Shown one piece after another: positions 52,560 to 64,000 of a stretch of DNA of 64,000 bases. The position numbers and the translations under genes were made by a program. Source of the DNA: the human T2T-CHM13v2.0 reference genome, Homo sapiens. The stretch lies in NCBI RefSeq assembly GCF_009914755.1, contig NC_060935.1; one strand, written 5' to 3'. The number at the start of each line of letters is the position of its first letter. Within the stretch, counting starts at the first letter, position 1. The notes beneath the pieces were generated by a model that did not search any database, had not been told where the DNA came from, and saw nothing but the letters and a program-made list of their open reading frames with translations.

Positions 52560-54606
52560 ATACTAGGAAGTAGATACACTAGTTTGTTTAAAAATAGTAA
52601 TATAATTTAGTTATTCATGTGAAATTGATTATATGTATAGTTCTCAGTGTTAAACATTATTCCAAAACACCTGCACAGTTATAATTCTTCCACAGATTGT
52701 CTAAGACAGTTTTAACCTCACAGCTAGACTTATGTGTATGAGGAACATGCTTATATTCTGATTTATTGATTCATTTCTCATCAATAGGTTCATATTAATT
52801 TAAAAAAATATTTTCATCGAATCTCCGGGATAGATGGTTGAGTCCTTCATGTTTACAACTTGATAAAAAGTTTTGTGTTTTGTTTGATTTTTTTTGCACA
52901 CAAACTTAACAATTTACCATTATGGAGACATCGTTCAAAAATAGCAACAAATATTTGAGGTCATTTTTCTAATTGTGGCTGTAGCTGTTCAAATTTCTTT
53001 TTGGTTTTAATGTATCTGTATATTTGTATGTGTCTATACAAATCCAAACGTGTATACAAAAGAAAGTCTGTAGCATTTAGCATATTTAACATATAGGTTT
53101 TCATCATGTATGTATATGTATCTGTCTATTTACATACATGTATTGGAAAACATTTCTAGAAACACTATTTTTAATGGGCAAAAATAGCAAGCTATTAATA
53201 TTTAAATATTATCAATGAATCAAATAGAAATTGTGTATTCACAGAATAGATTACTATCCAGCAATGATAATGTACGATTTACAGCTACATATATAATAGT
53301 TTATGCACTTATCACATGCGCCTATTTTATTATGTTTGTTAAGATTCAATATAAAACATTAAATCTCTTAAATATCTAGATCACTTGGGGCTGTTTTGTC
53401 CCCTGGTTCATTTGGCAATGTCTGGAAATATTCTTGCTTCTCACAGGCACTGGCATCTATTGGCTATAGGTCAGGGGTGTTAAGCATTCCACAATGCACA
53501 GGAGAGACCCTCACAACAAAGCTTATCATGGCCAAAATGTCGATAGTGCTGAGGATGAGAACCTGGAGCTGCATTTAATTTTAAGTAACATGTGTAAGAC
53601 CATGACAATAGAAATAAAATATTTTCAGATAAATATAAAATTTGCTAAAAGAATGTAGGTTTACAACTTGCACACACGGAGACTCATATTTTAAAAAGGC
53701 CAATTTTATTCAACTAGATCTATACATTCAATACTATTCCAAGTAAAATCCCAGCATTTGATTTTGCAGCTATGGACATGTGGATCCTAAAGTTTGGATT
53801 GAATAAGTCCCAAAATGGTCAATATTATCTTGAAGAAATAAAACTTAACTGAAAGATTGACAACACTAGTTATCAGAACTTATTACACAGCTATAGTAAC
53901 TCAGGAGTGTCTTATTTATATGGGGCTAGACAAATAGAAAATTGTAACTGAATACAGCGTAAAGGAATAGACTGATACACACTCATATGACAAAGATGAC
54001 ACTGCCGAGCAATAAAGCAAGATTACCTTCTTTAATAAATTATGTTAAGGTATCTGAGTATTCAGAATAAAAAAATTAGTCTTGACCCTATGTCATACTA
54101 GACACATAAAAACTCAATTATAGTAGATAGGAGATATCAATGTGGAGGACTGTATGACACTTATTTATGTAAGAGATTTTATAGGCGTGCAAAACCCTCT
54201 TGGAAAAAATTAATTAAAAACATATTTTTAAAGAAAATAAACAAATAGAGGAAGCTAACCATAAAAATAATACATGAGACTAAAGTTATTACATTTTGAA
54301 ATAGAAAATTTGCCACTCATTTTCTTTGATGATAATGTAATAAAACTAGAGGTTAATACACAAAGTATAAAAGAGAATACAAAAATAATTGGGAACTTAA
54401 ACCAAATTCCTTAAAGAAAAACCATTTCAGTTAATGAGGTAATTACAACTACAATCCCAAATTATATAGAAAATAAAAACATCCTTATGTCACGCATAAA
54501 ATAAAATTAATTTCAGATGAAGTAAATATTTAAATGAAGGAAAAGGCCTTAAAACATTAAATATTACATAAGTGAATACTGATAAACTTGTATGTGAGAA
54601 AAAAAA

Positions 54607-54890
54607 TTTTTTTGACAGGATCTGGCTCTGTTGTCCAGGCTGGAGTGCTGTGGTGTCACCTCAACTCACTGCAACCTTGGCCTCCCAAGGCTCAAGCGAT
54701 CCTCCCACCTCAGCCTCCTGAGTAGCTGGGACTACATGCACCCACCATCATACTTGGCTAATTTGTGTAGTTTTTGTAGAGACAGGGTTTCACTGTGTTG
54801 CCCAAGCTGGTCTCCAACTCCTGGGCTTAAGCGATCCACCTGCCTTGGCTCCCAAAGTACTGGGATTACAGGCATGAGCCACTGCGCCTG
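54607..54890 (-). mobile_element. AluJ (duplicated copy of the 47967 element)
   Basis: Antisense AluJ at the homologous position with the same flanks. Confidence 0.88.
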
Positions 54891-57800
54891 ATCAAGAAAA
54901 TCCCTTTAAAGCAAAATGCCAATATCAGAAAACATATTGGAATCAGTTTATAAAATTTCCTAGAACAGCAAAAATATCTATGCAAGTTTAAAAAGTATTT
55001 AAGTGGTGATAAATTTCAAAGTACGTTTTACCTTACAATAAAAAACAAATTAATGTTTTCAATTTGTAAAACTTCAGATAAGTCAGTAAGATAAAGACTA
55101 TTACCTCAAAAAAAAGCAATGAATAAAGATTCTAAAAAGTCAATTTACAAAAGGAGACGTATGCATGAAATATCAAAATTGTTTATTCATGTTGTAAAAG
55201 CAATGAAAATTATGACAGCAATAATATCTAATGATTACTGATACAATTGGGATATAATTATGTTAGGTAGGTAGATCTCTGGGGAAAAGCCACCCTGAAA
55301 CTCTAAACAACAGAAAAAGCTGGGGAATTTGGATGATTAAAACCACCATAGACAGTGAACGAGTGAGTGATGCTGAGCTGGAGAGCACCAAAAAGTGAGG
55401 ACCATTATGGATTATGGAAAATTTTAAGTTGAGAGCAAGCAGTTGTGAGTGTCTCTCAGCCACTGGTGAGAGAAAAGGGTAAGTCAGTTATTCTTTCCTC
55501 TAAGGTACAAATACTGATTCCAGGAAGGCATGGGCTCATCTCAGGAGGCTAAATAAAAAACTCTAAGGAAATGTGTGCATGCTTATGAAGATCCTTTCAT
55601 TGGTCTCTTCCTGTTGGTTTTGTATGCATCAAGGGAACCTAAAAGCTGAAAAGGAATCCCATCCTCTGAGACACAAATCAACTTAAGTTCCTACCCATAT
55701 TCATTTCCATTCCCTGCACTTCAACTGGTTTGGTCCTTAAGTAGAAAAGGACCACTCTTTCTTAACACTGTATCTGTTCTTTGAGTGGTATCTTGCAAAC
55801 TTAGCACCTGTACACAGCATGTGGAAAGTGACAAATTGGGGCAAAAACTCAGATGAGTTTTACTATTGAAATGAATCACCTACTGTAAGATGAGTTCTTA
55901 GAAATGTAGATTTAACTTATTTTCTCCTGCTTTCCTTCTTTCCTTTATGTCAAACTTCCATTCAGATATAAGATATTCGATAATTGTTAAGACTTTGTTA
56001 TAAAATCAGTTAGATACATAGATAGATAGATAGTAATTGATGGGATACTAATAGAGACAAAGTTGCTATGTATACTTCTGTATGTTAATATGCAAGTCAA
56101 ACATTGACCCTGCGGATTGAGACTCTTGCTTTAGGTCTCAGGCTACCTTGGACTTCACTGGATGAGGATTTTCACATTTCATCAAATCTGATCATGAAGC
56201 TATTCTGGGAATTGTTCCTCCTGGTGCAGTAGAAATTTCAGAGTATCTTGGTTCTATTTTAAAAGTTCTGATATCCATGTTGGTGATTGCAGTAATCTCC
56301 TTTCTGCTATTTATTTACATATTTCAAAAACCTTTCTTTAAACTAGCTTAAGCCACATTCCCTGGAGGTATCTTCTCTGGGATTTCTGAAGGGCAGAGAT
56401 CATGGCTTCTCTCACACTGGTGAACAAGTTTCATAGTATTTGCCCACTGAACAATTAGTAAGACTCCTGAACTAAGACAATATTTTGTATTAATATTAAT
56501 ATTAAGCAAAGAACCTTATTTTGGCCCTGATTTCCATTATACAGAATCCCAGCTTCTCTTGACATCAAGGTGGCATAGATCCCTCTTCTTACATTGGTCC
56601 CGTTTTTCCTGTCTCAGATTCTAGGTCTTAATTAAGAGAGAGACTTGATGGAATTGTCTTCTTTGTGAGATCATTCATTACCTGGATTTATGAGAATGAG
56701 GAGTAAAGGAAGATGGTGGAGGCAACACATGATATCTAACAAAGCCAATATTAGAATATATTTAGAAACCTAGGGTAGAAGGAGTATGAAAGACAGCTGG
56801 CCTCTACCCAGTGGATTGTGTTTGGGAGAGCACATATGAATGCCATGTTCTCAGAACCACATAGGAAGTGTTCTAGGGTAGCAGAAATGGGGGCAGGGGA
56901 CAGTTATGCATGAACCTTGATGCTCTCTGGATCATTTGGGAGGTCGTGGGAATCCCATTATGGAGTTGCGCTGAGATTCTTACCTGCTCTGAGAGACCAA
57001 GGACAAGCCCTTTGAAAGCAGGCAGTAGTGAGGACATCAGTAACAGTATCAGGCACAAAATAGTCCAAGAAGACCTAGCTCTTAGATTCAGAAGGACTCT
57101 CTGAAAACACTGAAAGAATATATGTACTCTCTTTCTTCCTAAGACCAAAACTGGAAATTCTGTAATACTGCTGCAAGGCATAATGTGATAAGACTCACTG
57201 TCATTTATTGAGCAGTTACTACCTGCCAGGCACAGTACTTAGTACTTTATATGTATCATCTTATTTAATGCTTATAACTTCTCAGTGAGGTAGGTGATGT
57301 TAGTAATGTCAAATAACATATGAGGAAACTAGAAAATGATTTAGCTGAACTGTTCAGTTTTCAAATATTCCCAGCCACTAACAATTAAATTCTTGGTGTT
57401 TTTTTTTAAGTTTTCCCATGAGCAAGGAAGCAAAAATGAATGTGGTAGGTAGAATTTGCAGTAGCCTTCAAGATTCCTGCTGTCTAGTATATGCTTTCCA
57501 TTTAATAACCTTCCTTTGAGTATGCCTGGGACCTGTTAATATGATGGAATATCACCCCCGTGACTGCATTACATAACATTATGTAATACTTTGCCATAGC
57601 AAACTGGAGAGAGTCTGTCTCGTTGGTTTTGAAGAAGTAACCTGTGGTGTTTTAAGAAGGCCAAGTAGCTAGGACTTTCTTGGACCTAGGGTGACCTCAG
57701 TAAGTTGAGAGTTACGTGTCCTGCCAACAAACAGCAAGGAAACTGGAACCTGAGTCCTAAAACTGCAAGGAACCGAATCGTGCCAACAACCACAAGAAGC

Positions 57801-58233
57801 TTGGAGAATGATCCCCAACCTCAGATGAGATTGCAGGCCTTGGTGATATGTTGATTAAAACCTGATGAGAGCTAAACAGAGGGCCCAGCTGACCTGACCC
57901 ACAGAGAGGGCGAGACAATAAATTTGCATGTTTTAAGCCAGTTAAGTTTGTGGTAATTTATACACCTATTAAAATCTAAGACAATGCGTTTCTCCTAATT
58001 TCTTCCGCATATGTCTCTGTGTGTGTGTATGTGAGACAGAGAAAGACTAGGAAATCACTTCATTAGTTTATGAAGGAAGCTTTGTTAACAAGCAAAGTCC
58101 ACAATAACTCCAGAATTATCTACCTGCTTGATGCAGTTTCCACACAGAGAATGGATTCTCATTTCTCAATTAAGTGCTAAATGCTGGGTGCTCTTTATAT
58201 TCCCAGAGGGAGAGAGACCAAGGGTGAGAAGAA

Positions 58234-59169
58234 ATGTCCAACGCCAGCCTACTGACAGCGTTCATCCTCATGGGCCTTCCCCATGCCCCAGCGCTGGACG
58301 CCCCCCTCTTTGGAGTCTTCCTGGTGGTTTACGTGCTCACTGTGCTGGGGAACCTCCTCATCCTGCTGGTGATCAGGGTGGATTCTCACCTCCACACCAC
58401 CATGTACTACTTCCTCACCAACCTGTCGTTCATTGACATGTGGTTCTCCACTGTCACGGTGCCCAAATTGCTGATGACTTTGGTGTTCCCAAGTGGCAGG
58501 GCTATCTCCTTCCACAGCTGCATGGCTCAGCTCTATTTCTTTCACTTCCTAGGGGGCACCGAGTGTTTCCTCTACAGGGTCATGTCCTGTGATCGCTACC
58601 TGGCCATCAGTTACCCGCTCAGGTACACCAGCATGATGACTGGGCGCTCGTGTACTCTTCTGGCCACCAGCACTTGGCTCAGTGGCTCTCTGCACTCTGC
58701 TGTCCAGGCCATATTGACTTTCCATTTGCCCTACTGTGGACCCAACTGGATCCAGCACTATTTGTGTGATGCACCGCCCATCCTGAAACTGGCCTGTGCA
58801 GACACCTCAGCCATAGAGACTGTCATTTTTGTGACTGTTGGAATAGTGGCCTCGGGCTGCTTTGTCCTGATAGTGCTGTCCTATGTGTCCATCGTCTGTT
58901 CCATCCTGCGGATCCGCACCTCAGAGGGGAAGCACAGAGCCTTTCAGACCTGTGCCTCCCACTGTATCGTGGTCCTTTGCTTCTTTGGCCCTGGTCTTTT
59001 CATTTACCTGAGGCCAGGCTCCAGGAAAGCTGTGGATGGAGTTGTGGCCGTTTTCTACACTGTGCTGACGCCCCTTCTCAACCCTGTTGTGTACACCCTG
59101 AGGAACAAGGAGGTGAAGAAAGCTCTGTTGAAGCTGAAAGACAAAGTAGCACATTCTCAGAGCAAATAG
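58234..59169 (+). CDS. OR10G8: Olfactory receptor 10G8 (311 aa)
   Basis: Intact paralog starting MSNASLLTAFILMGL and ending HSQSK. Confidence 0.9.
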   Translation: MSNASLLTAFILMGLPHAPALDAPLFGVFLVVYVLTVLGNLLILLVIRVDSHLHTTMYYFLTNLSFIDMWFSTVTVPKLLMTLVFPSGRAISFHSCMAQLYFFHFLGGTECFLYRVMSCDRYLAISYPLRYTSMMTGRSCTLLATSTWLSGSLHSAVQAILTFHLPYCGPNWIQHYLCDAPPILKLACADTSAIETVIFVTVGIVASGCFVLIVLSYVSIVCSILRIRTSEGKHRAFQTCASHCIVVLCFFGPGLFIYLRPGSRKAVDGVVAVFYTVLTPLLNPVVYTLRNKEVKKALLKLKDKVAHSQSK

Positions 59170-59185
59170 ACACTAGGGAAGATTA

Positions 59186-59865
59186 CATATCTTAGCTCTT
59201 GTGAATAGTGCTGTGAAAAACATACAGGGGCAGGTATCTTTTGGATGTAATGAATTCTTTTCCTTTGGGTAGATACCCAGTAGTGGAACTGCTAGATTAA
59301 ATGTTAATTCTATTTTTAGTTCTTTGAGAAATCTCCACACTGTTTTCCATAGAGGTTGTACTAGTTTACATTCCCACCAACAGTGTATAAGTGTTCCCTT
59401 TTCTCTACAGCCTTGCTAACATCTGTTATTTTTTTATCTTTTTAATAATGGTGATTCTGACTGATTTTGTGGCTTTAATTTGCATTTCTGTGATGATTAT
59501 TGATGTTGAGCATTTTTTCATGTGCCTGTTAATCACTTATATGTTTTCTTTTGAAAAATGTCTATTCATTTCCTTTACCAACCTTTTAATGAGATTATTT
59601 GCTTTTCATTGTTAAGTAATTTGAGTTCTTTGTAAATTCTGGATATGAGTCCCTATTGGATGCATAGTTTGCAAATATTTTCTCCCATTCTGTTATTTCT
59701 GTTGATTATTTCTTTTGCTGTGCAGAAGCTTTTTAGTATAAGTGTTATTTGTCGATTTTAATTTTTGTTGCCTGTGCTTTTGAGGTCTTAGTCATGAATT
59801 TTTTCCTAGACCATGTCCAGAAGAGTTTTCCTGAGGTTTTCTTCTAGCATTTTTATAGTTTCAGT
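59186..59865 (-). mobile_element. L1PB/L1MA ORF2-end fragment abutting the OR10G8 stop
   Basis: GTGAATAGTGCTG, TTTACATTCCCACCAACAGTGTA, GCTGTGCAGAAGCTTTTTAG. Confidence 0.82.
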
Positions 59866-60835
59866 AGGCTGTGCTTTTTTTTCTTACCTTTTAACATGTC
59901 TTATAATTTTTTGTTGAAAGCTAGACATCTTGTTTCAGGTAATAGGAACTGAGACAAATAGGCAGTTAGAAGGGAGATTTATGGTAATCTAGTCTGGCTA
60001 GAAGCTGAACTGTGTGTCATGTTTGTAGGGACCAAAGGCTTCAAATTCCTCTAGTGTCTTGTTTTGCCTTGCCCATTTATTTTAAGTATCCTTAAATACT
60101 AGTCCTCAAAGAGAGTCTGTGACTAGTAACTCTTTCAGCTCTTCAACTCTTTTATTTACTGTTATTTACTGGAGCCCTGTTGGTGTGGTTGTAAGAGTTG
60201 AGGGAGTATTGTCCTGTAAAATTCTGATTCAACACTTGTGTTTTTAGTGGGCCTGTCTTTAGAACTGTGACCTTCACAAGTGTTTTCATAAATACCTCCC
60301 ATCTCAATTCCCTGTTTCTCCCATTCTCTTCTCCAGCTACATTCAACATTCCCAATCTAATTCCTCTAAAACTGACGCGTTTAATATGTTTTCCCCTTTA
60401 AGTAAGACAGGAGGGCTATAGGTGTCAAACTTAAAGGGGAGAAATGCACTTCCCCCATTTGGGATAATAATCTGACAAAGCCTTTGCCCAGGGAACAGAT
60501 ATCTGATGTAGAGGAAGCTCTGGGTATGTTTCACAATGGTTACCTATCCCCTAACTCTACCAGAGCCAAGAGGGGATTTTTTATTTATTTATTTTATTTT
60601 TAGCTTTTCATGATAGGAAACCGGAGGGGGTTCATGAAGGTAAAGTCCATAAACATGTAGGACCCCACCTAAAATAAATTGATCCTTTTAGCTTTTTATG
60701 AGTAGACATTTAAAAAATGTCCTTTATATCTCTGATAATACTTCTTACTTGAAAGTTCACTTTATTTGCTAATAATATAGTCATATTAGTTTTTTTCCTA
60801 GTATTTTCTTGGCATAAATTTTCTACCCTTTAACT

Positions 60836-60838
<3 letters not shown>

Positions 60839-60875
<37 letters not shown>
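60839..60875. repeat. (TG)n microsatellite
   Basis: About 17 copies. Confidence 0.95.
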
Positions 60876-60878
<3 letters not shown>

Positions 60879-61631
60879 TATTTAGTGTAGTTGTTTTTAA
60901 ACCAGATATAATTAGATGTTGCTTCTTTTATAAGCTGCCTGTTTTACTTATTTATTTATCTTTTTTTGTAGTGCATTACTGTATCTGTAATAGTCTAATA
61001 TTTTGTTGTTTTCTATTCTTACCTTAAATTCCTTTCTCTTTATTCATGTTTCTCAATCTTTTTTGTATTTTTCAAAATATTTAATGTATTAATCAAGTAT
61101 TTTCATTACTTTATTTCATTTTTCATTACTTTTAACTATTTTTACTTTTTATTATATTTTTATGATAAAGTCAATATCATTTCAATGCATTACAAGCTAT
61201 TTGCATTAGTACCTTACCATATTTGAATAATCCAAGAGTCTTACATTTAGTTCCATGTAATGGCTTTATACCTTTTTTTAGAAATATTTTTGACCTTTAT
61301 TTAATTTCTAACTAATTAATTTCTAACTATGTTATAAACCAGACAACATGTTACTGTTGGGGCTTTAAACAGTCAAAGGTCTTCTTGTATGTTTATGTAC
61401 GTATTCACCCTTTCCTGTGGTATTTATGGACTTATCTATTTTGCACTTCTATCCTTCTATCTAGGATTATTTTATTCAATTTTAGAATATCCTTTAGTAA
61501 TTTGTATAGTGTGTGACTACATTTTATACAGTTTTGAAGGGAGGTTAGGTCTGCACCAATTACTTCGTCATTGCTCTTTAGAAATAAGTTTCTCTTTTTT
61601 GTTTTTAATTTGTAGTTTGACTTTTTGCCTG

Positions 61632-61633
<2 letters not shown>

Positions 61634-61669
<36 letters not shown>

Positions 61670-61988
61670 ATATATATATTATGCTTTAAGTTCTAGGGTA
61701 CATGTGCACAACGTGCACGTTTGTTACATATGTATACATGTGCCATGTTGGTGTGCTGCACCCATTAACTCATCATTTACATTAGGTATATCTCCTAATG
61801 CTATCCCTCCCATGTCCTTTGTAGGGACATGGATGAAGCTGGAAACCATTATTCCCAGCAAACTATCGCAAGGACAAAAAACCTAACACTGCATGTTCTC
61901 ACTCATAGGTGGGAATTGAACAATGAGAACACTTGGACACAGGAAGGGGAACATCACACATCAGGGCCTGTTTTGGGGTGGGGGGGTT
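61634..61988 (-). mobile_element. Short 5'-inverted (twin-primed) L1PA4/5-like insertion
   Basis: 3'UTR end antisense at about 61675-61811, the adjacent upstream part sense at 61811-61986; TSD ACTTTTT(G/T)CCTGCT. Confidence 0.88.
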
Positions 61989-62039
61989 ACTTTTTTCCTG
62001 CTTTTAAAAACTTTATTGGGAAAGAATTTGTTTTTAAAA

Positions 62040-63345
62040 TGCAAAACTTTATTGAGGTATAGTTTGTATCCATTTTAGGTGCACAGTCTGATATGTTTTA
62101 ACAAATGGAAGTACCTGTGTATCTACCACAAAAATCATGGTAAAAACTTTTCCAGTACCACGTATAATCTGCCGTGTCCCTTCTCATCAGTCCTACACTA
62201 CCCTAAGCCCCAGATAACTACTGATCTGCCTTCTCTCACTATGGATTAGATTTGTCCTTTTTAGAGTTTCCTATGAATGGGATCATATAGTATATACTAT
62301 CTTGTGTCTGACTTGTTATGTTTATCCTAATGTTTTTTATATTTATTTGTGCATTTGTGTGTATCAGTAATGCATTTGTCATTGAAAGGTAGTCTATTAT
62401 ATAAATATGCCATAATCTATTACCTATTGCTTTCAGTTTGGGGATATTATTAATAAAGCTGCTACATAGATTCATTTGCAAATATTTGTTAGGCATATGA
62501 TTTAAACTCTCGGGTAAACATTAAAAAATAGATTTGTCAAGTTGAATGATAAGTTCAATGACAAATATGTATTTAATATTTTAAAAAATTGGGTTTTCTC
62601 CAAACTGGCTGTACCGTTTTATATATCTACCAGAAATGCATAAAAGTTCTTATTGATCCACATTCTCAATAATATTGACTTTAGGTTTCTAAATTTTGGC
62701 CATTTGACTATGTGTGTGTAGTCTTATTATGTCTGAATTTATATTTCACTAACGGTTAATAATGTTGAGCAATTTTTCATCTTCCTGGTGCCCATTCAAA
62801 TATCCTTCTTTGAGAAGCGTGTGTTCAGATCTTCTGCCCATTTCTCATTGGGTTGTTTTTAATTATTAAATTGTGGTATATCTTTACAATTTTTTATTCA
62901 GTTCTTTATTAGATATATGCATTACAAATATTTACATCTAGTGTGTTTTTTGCCTACTCATTTACTTATTAATATCATTGGAAGAGCACAAATTTCTAAT
63001 TTTGATAAAGCCCAACTTTTGACTTATTTCTATGGTTCATGTTTTCTGTCCTCCTTAAGAAATCTATATCTACCTCAAGTTTATGAAAGTTTCTCTCCTA
63101 CTTTTTTGTCCTAGAAATATAATAGTATTAGCTTTTACATCTAGGTCAATAATCTCATTTAAGTTAATTTTTGTATATAAAGTGAAGTAATATTCAAAGT
63201 TTCGTTCTTACTTAGGGATAGACAGACTTTTAGGCATAATTTGTTGAAAGTATCACACTTTTTTCTTCAAAATGCCTTGGCACTTTGGCTAAAAGTCAAC
63301 AGACTGCTATGCGTAGGTCTCTTTCTGGACTCCATATTCTGTTCC
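62040..63345 (-). mobile_element. Old L1M (L1MC-ME) 3' region
   Basis: TTTATTGAGGTATA, ACTACTGATCTGCC, TGTTGAGCAATTTTTCAT and TTCTGGACTC motifs. Confidence 0.72.
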
Positions 63346-64000
63346 ACTCATCCACATATTATCTCCATCTTTAAACACACAGGTTTTATGCTTCTGTGCC
63401 TACTATGTGCACCATGTGCCTTCAATGTGCACCTTTATTTCCCAAATCCTCAAGCGGCCCTTTTATTATTTAAGTTAATCCTTTTGACACTTGATTTTCT
63501 TTTAATTTCCTTCTAGTATCCCCTCAATGCTATTAAGATCTAACCTATTAAAGGAGTTTAATAGCATCAGGGAACTGAAAGAGCAACAGTGGTGGCCCTT
63601 TCATCCTTTGCTATCTTTCATGACCATGCCATCAAGAAGGAGCTGCTTTTATAAATACTGTCTCTGGACTTCTTTGAATTTACAACCTTCTAGAAAGGTC
63701 TTTGAGTGTCATTGTGAGAAATAATACTGTAAGGAAGGTCCAATAACAGATTTGTATAAAACTCCTTAAGGTTTCCTTTCTTGGACTTCCTCGAGAAATG
63801 TAGGAGAGGTGGTGGTTACTTTTTCCTGATCTGACCTCTCTTCATGCTACTATTGAATAAGAGACATTTCCTTCTCCATGTTAGGAAACAGATGTTTAAC
63901 AGCCAGCACAAAACAAGGAATATAGTGACCAGTACTCTTGCTTACTTAACTGTGTAGGCTTCTGCATCTCCCAAGCTACACCTTCAACCAAATAATTTTA

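Larger units (their letters stand above)
34955..59185 (+). repeat. Tandem segmental duplication array, four units (about 34955-40800, 40800-48350, 48350-54960, 54960-59185), each with promoter block, MaLR LTR and OR gene; the first three also carry MER20 and L1M
   Basis: Collinear homologous non-coding blocks recur, e.g. GAGCAAGCAGTTGTGAGTGT-like sequence near 35465, 41265, 48833 and 55433; ATG spacings are 5917, 7434 and 6610 bp. Confidence 0.92.

Noticed and set aside
61389-61886. 165-aa hydrophobic ORF
   Set aside because: Runs through T-rich L1 remnants, a microsatellite and the inverted L1

Overview
Repeat-rich mammalian DNA that I recognise as the human chr11q24 family-10 olfactory receptor (OR) cluster. 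On the minus strand are OR10S1 and OR10G6. On the plus strand is a tandem array of roughly 6-7.4 kb duplicated units carrying OR10G5P (pseudogene), OR10G4, OR10G9 and OR10G8. The rest is mostly L1, Alu, ERV/MaLR LTR, DNA-transposon and MIR/L2 relics plus microsatellites; nearly all short ORFs in the track are repeat-derived or antisense shadows. I see no new gene system. The signals worth checking are structural: OR10G5P was broken by a deletion plus an inverted piece of its own CDS; the OR10G6 Leu-rich N-terminus looks like a translated splice acceptor masking an ATG>CTG start loss; OR10G4/G9/G8 are gene-conversion mosaics with paralog-specific loss of promoter, splice and glycosylation signals; and several templated-insertion or snap-back repair scars are present. 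Gene names and repeat subfamilies come from recall, not a database search.
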